NCBI GenBank assembly: GCA_963675915.1
Contig: OY780959.1
Coordinates: 1,500,001 to 1,532,000 of the forward strand
Direction of reading: 5' to 3'
From: Coprobacillaceae bacterium
Lineage (GTDB): Bacteria > Bacillota_I > Bacilli_A > Erysipelotrichales > Coprobacillaceae
DNA length: 32,000 bases
Under the pieces are notes generated by a model that saw nothing but the letters and a program-made list of their open reading frames with translations, was not told where the DNA came from and did not search any database. Shown piece by piece: positions 29,050-32,000 of this stretch (position 1 is its first letter; every line of letters begins with the position of its first letter). A program made the translations under genes and the position numbers.

Positions 29050-30165
29050 CTACAATAACAGAGCTTCACCCGTATCGATATCAAAAAGATGGATCTTGTT
29101 GACATCCACTGCCAACACAACATGCTGCTGCTCTTGGGGACGGAACCGTTGCGGAGTCCGGACAATCACTTCATCACCGTTGATCTTGCCATAGCAATAT
29201 ACTTCGGCTCCCATCATCTCGGTTATTTCAATTTTGAGATTGATTAAAGAACGGGGCGCCATTTCAATAAACACCTGGTCAAGATGCAGATCCTCGGGAC
29301 GGATTCCCAACGTGACCTTGCGATCGAGATAACCCGCAAGAATATCATTCCGGTTCTTCCCCGGGGGCACTTCGATTAGCTGTCCAGCCATTTCAACATA
29401 ATACTTGCCGGTCTTATTGATGACTTTGCTTTCCAGGAAATTCATTTGCGGCGAACCGATGAATCCAGCCACGAATTTGTTTACCGGTTTATTATAGAGG
29501 TTTTCCGGAGTATCCACTTGCTGGATCAAACCGTCCTTCATCACCACAATCCGGTCACCCATTGTCATCGCCTCGGTTTGGTCATGGGTAACATAGACGA
29601 AAGTGGTCTGCAGTTTGCGATGAAGTTTGGAAATTTCAGTCCGCATTTGAGTCCGCAATTTGGCATCAAGATTCGACAACGGCTCATCAAGAAGAAAGAC
29701 CTGGGGATTTCGAACCAGGGCCCGGCCCAAAGCCACCCGTTGGCGTTGGCCACCCGATAGCGCCCGCGGTTTGCGATTGAGATATTTTTCAAGATCCAGC
29801 ACTTTGGCAGCCTCGATTATCTTGCGGTCAATCTCAGCTTTGGGTAAATTTCGTAATTCCAATCCAAAGGCCAGGTTCTTGTAAACGGTCATATGGGGAT
29901 AAAGGGCATAATTCTGGAACACCATGGCAATGTCCCGGTCCTTGGGTTGGACGTGATTGACCAGAGCATCACCGATATAAAGTTCTCCTCCGGTAATTTC
30001 TTCAAGTCCGGCAATCATTCTCAAGGTCGTCGATTTACCACAGCCAGAAGGCCCAACCAGGACAATGAATTCCTTGTCTTTGATTTCCAGGTTAAGATTC
30101 TTGATCACTTCCACCCCGCCTGGATAAGTTTTATTTAGATTACGAATAGATATATTTGCCATCAT
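29050..30165 (-). CDS. Sugar ABC transporter ATP-binding protein (MsmK/UgpC type; paralog of 5815-6927)
   Basis: Walker A GPSGCGKST, signature LSGGQRQRV, Walker B FLLDEPLSNLD. By eye it is roughly 70% identical to the ATPase at 5815-6927 over the N-terminal 240 aa. The start may be the second ATG at 30162. Confidence 0.9.
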   Translation of the reverse strand: MMANISIRNLNKTYPGGVEVIKNLNLEIKDKEFIVLVGPSGCGKSTTLRMIAGLEEITGGELYIGDALVNHVQPKDRDIAMVFQNYALYPHMTVYKNLAFGLELRNLPKAEIDRKIIEAAKVLDLEKYLNRKPRALSGGQRQRVALGRALVRNPQVFLLDEPLSNLDAKLRTQMRTEISKLHRKLQTTFVYVTHDQTEAMTMGDRIVVMKDGLIQQVDTPENLYNKPVNKFVAGFIGSPQMNFLESKVINKTGKYYVEMAGQLIEVPPGKNRNDILAGYLDRKVTLGIRPEDLHLDQVFIEMAPRSLINLKIEITEMMGAEVYCYGKINGDEVIVRTPQRFRPQEQQHVVLAVDVNKIHLFDIDTGEALLL

Positions 30166-30174
30166 TGTCTCCTT

Positions 30175-31026
30175 TTATTTGATTGCGCCATTGACAACGC
30201 CTTTGATAATCTGTCTTTGACCGATAATGTAAAAAATCAAAATCGGAATCAGCGCCATCAAATACGACGCAAAAGCCAGATTATAGTTTGTCCCGAATTG
30301 ACTTTGGAAGTTTAGCTGGGCAATCGGGAGCGTATTGTGACCGGTTCCCGCCAAAAGGACCAGCGGCAGCATCACATCATTCCAGGTTGCCAAGGCGGTC
30401 AGGATCGCCACGGTTGCATGCATCGGTTTCATCAGCGGAAAAATCACTTTCCTGAAGGTCGTGAAAGTCGATGCACCATCGATACTGGCTGCTTCTTCCA
30501 GGGCCAGAGGGATATTTTTCAGGTACCCCGTGTAAAGCATCAGATTGAGGGGCATGAAAAACACACTGTAAAGCAACACCACCCCGAAACGGTTGTCGAT
30601 TCCCATCAAGGCTGTCTGTTTGACAATCGGGAGCATGATAATCGCAAATGGGACAAACATCCCGCTGACGATATAAAAGTACAAGAACCGATAACCCTTG
30701 CGCTGCATACTTCTTCCAATCGCATAACCAAGCATTGAATGGAATAAAACAACAACCACCACCGTCGCACCGGTAATCAGAACGCTGTTGCCCAAAGTAT
30801 GCCAGAAATCAGTAATCCGCATCGCTTCTGAAAAATTCGAAAAACTCCACGATTCCGGAAGTGAAAGCAGACCGGAAATACTGCCATCCATCTGCGAAGG
30901 ATCCTTGAACGCAATCATCACGGTTAGATAGAGCGGAAAGAAAACTGTCAGACACCCTACGATCAATCCGAAAGTAACCAAACGGTTGGTCTTATGAGCT
31001 GAGCGCATCATCTTTGACTTGTTCAT
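30175..31026 (-). CDS. Carbohydrate ABC transporter permease
   Basis: 283 aa and polytopic, with the EAA loop LEEAASIDGASTFTTFRKVIFPL. Confidence 0.85.
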   Translation of the reverse strand: MNKSKMMRSAHKTNRLVTFGLIVGCLTVFFPLYLTVMIAFKDPSQMDGSISGLLSLPESWSFSNFSEAMRITDFWHTLGNSVLITGATVVVVVLFHSMLGYAIGRSMQRKGYRFLYFYIVSGMFVPFAIIMLPIVKQTALMGIDNRFGVVLLYSVFFMPLNLMLYTGYLKNIPLALEEAASIDGASTFTTFRKVIFPLMKPMHATVAILTALATWNDVMLPLVLLAGTGHNTLPIAQLNFQSQFGTNYNLAFASYLMALIPILIFYIIGQRQIIKGVVNGAIK

Positions 31027-31904
31027 CAGAGCTGTTCCTCCTTACTGCCTAAAAATTTCAACTGAAACAATGATATGACCACAATCACAACAAAGAATAT
31101 CACGGCATTGGCACTTTGATAACCAAACGCCCCGCCGGTAAGCCCCCCATTGTAGATCAGATATGATATCGATTCGGTCGATCTTGCCGGCCCACCACCA
31201 GTCAGGGATACTACCTGATCAAAAACCATCAAGAAGTTTTTCATGCACAGAATCATGTTGATGGTAAAAAATGGCATGATCAACGGAAAAGTAATCCGTT
31301 TGAATTTACGAAAACCTTCCGCTCCGTCAATTTTCGCCGCTTCATAGACATCTTCAGGAACAGTCTGGAGTCCGGAAATATAAATCAAAGTGTTCATCGC
31401 AACTGACTGCCACGCCACCGTGATCACCAAAGCAAACCAAGCGGTTTTCGGATTGGCAAGAAGACTGCTTGACAAGGCCCCGCTATGAACAGCAGCTCCT
31501 ATTTCCGGGAGAATATAGGTGAAAAAGAAATTGAAGACATAACCAATCACCAGTCCCCCAAGGATATTGGGCAGGAAATATATGGCTCTAAGGACTCCCT
31601 TGGCCCGGATTTTGGCATTTAGACCCAGAGCCAAAACCAGCGAAATCACGTTGACCAAAACAGTGCAGACAACCGCAAACCCGAATGTAAAGATGTAAGA
31701 ATTAATGATTCTTTGATCCTGGATCAAATCAAGATAATTCCGAAACCCGATAAAATCATAGTCACCAAAGCCCCTGAAGTTGGTCAGGCTGTACCCAAAT
31801 CCCTGGATTACTGCCATCGTATTGAAAACAACAAACAGCAACAACATTGGGATTGTAATCGCCATAAAAGTCCGGGTTCGGTTATTATTAAACTTGTTTT
31901 TCAT
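31026..31904 (-). CDS. Carbohydrate ABC transporter permease
   Basis: 292 aa and polytopic, with the EAA loop YEAAKIDGAEGFRKFKRITFPL. Its stop overlaps the start of the next permease gene (ATGA). Confidence 0.85.
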   Translation of the reverse strand: MKNKFNNNRTRTFMAITIPMLLLFVVFNTMAVIQGFGYSLTNFRGFGDYDFIGFRNYLDLIQDQRIINSYIFTFGFAVVCTVLVNVISLVLALGLNAKIRAKGVLRAIYFLPNILGGLVIGYVFNFFFTYILPEIGAAVHSGALSSSLLANPKTAWFALVITVAWQSVAMNTLIYISGLQTVPEDVYEAAKIDGAEGFRKFKRITFPLIMPFFTINMILCMKNFLMVFDQVVSLTGGGPARSTESISYLIYNGGLTGGAFGYQSANAVIFFVVIVVISLFQLKFLGSKEEQL

Positions 31905-31913
31905 TGCAGCCTC

Positions 31914-32000
31914 CTACTGATTATTATAGTACTCTTCCAATTTGGCAATATTATCCCGGTTGAATCGTAGCCAATCGGCATCAAAGGTGCTTAAAAAGGA
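31914..32000 (-). CDS. C-terminal 28 codons of an upstream gene, probably the substrate-binding protein of this ABC system (N-terminus outside the window)
   Basis: An open minus-strand frame, ...SFLSTFDADWLRFNRDNIAKLEEYYNNQ*, ends at TAG (31916-31914), 9 nt before the permease start. The product is assigned only from the usual SBP-permease-permease-ATPase gene order. Confidence 0.45.
   Translation of the reverse strand, partial: SFLSTFDADWLRFNRDNIAKLEEYYNNQ

Overview
This window comes from a low-GC Gram-positive genome (Bacillota). The AT-rich 16S variable regions and a short 107-nt 5S hint at an Erysipelotrichia or Mollicutes-related lineage, but I cannot resolve this by eye. It uses standard code 11 with strong AGGAGG-type ribosome-binding sites. 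All recognised genes lie on the minus strand except ptsI, the GrcA-like gene and one small ORF.

Content, left to right:
- metA (partial) and dgt
- nagB, divergent from a monocistronic ptsI
- a histidine phosphatase
- an msm/raffinose-type sugar cluster: gtfA and an AraC regulator, a terminator, then SBP, two permeases, a GH36 alpha-galactosidase, YesL, a 248-nt unexplained spacer, a His-less HPr-like protein, an MsmK-type ATPase and a membrane protein
- a complete 16S-23S-5S rRNA operon with no tRNAs
- a Crp/Fnr regulator followed by a BMP-family (nucleoside-type) ABC transporter
- a stand-alone 79-aa glycyl-radical (GrcA-like) gene
- a small 2-TM ORF
- mntP
- a second sugar ABC transporter, whose SBP is cut by the window edge

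I found no mobile element, CRISPR array, toxin-antitoxin pair or multi-gene block of unknown function, so I cannot support a claim of a novel system here. This is an ordinary core-metabolism and rRNA region.

The signals most worth a second look are regulatory or small:
- a 19-nt composite motif shared at identical spacing by the two sugar-cluster promoters
- the Crh-like HPr paralog inside that operon
- a perfect 20-bp palindrome over the promoter of the orphan glycyl-radical gene
- a palindrome centred near -41.5 of the Crp/Fnr gene promoter
- an orphan plus-strand terminator that may mark a small RNA
- the GC-richer 248-nt spacer with no intact ORF
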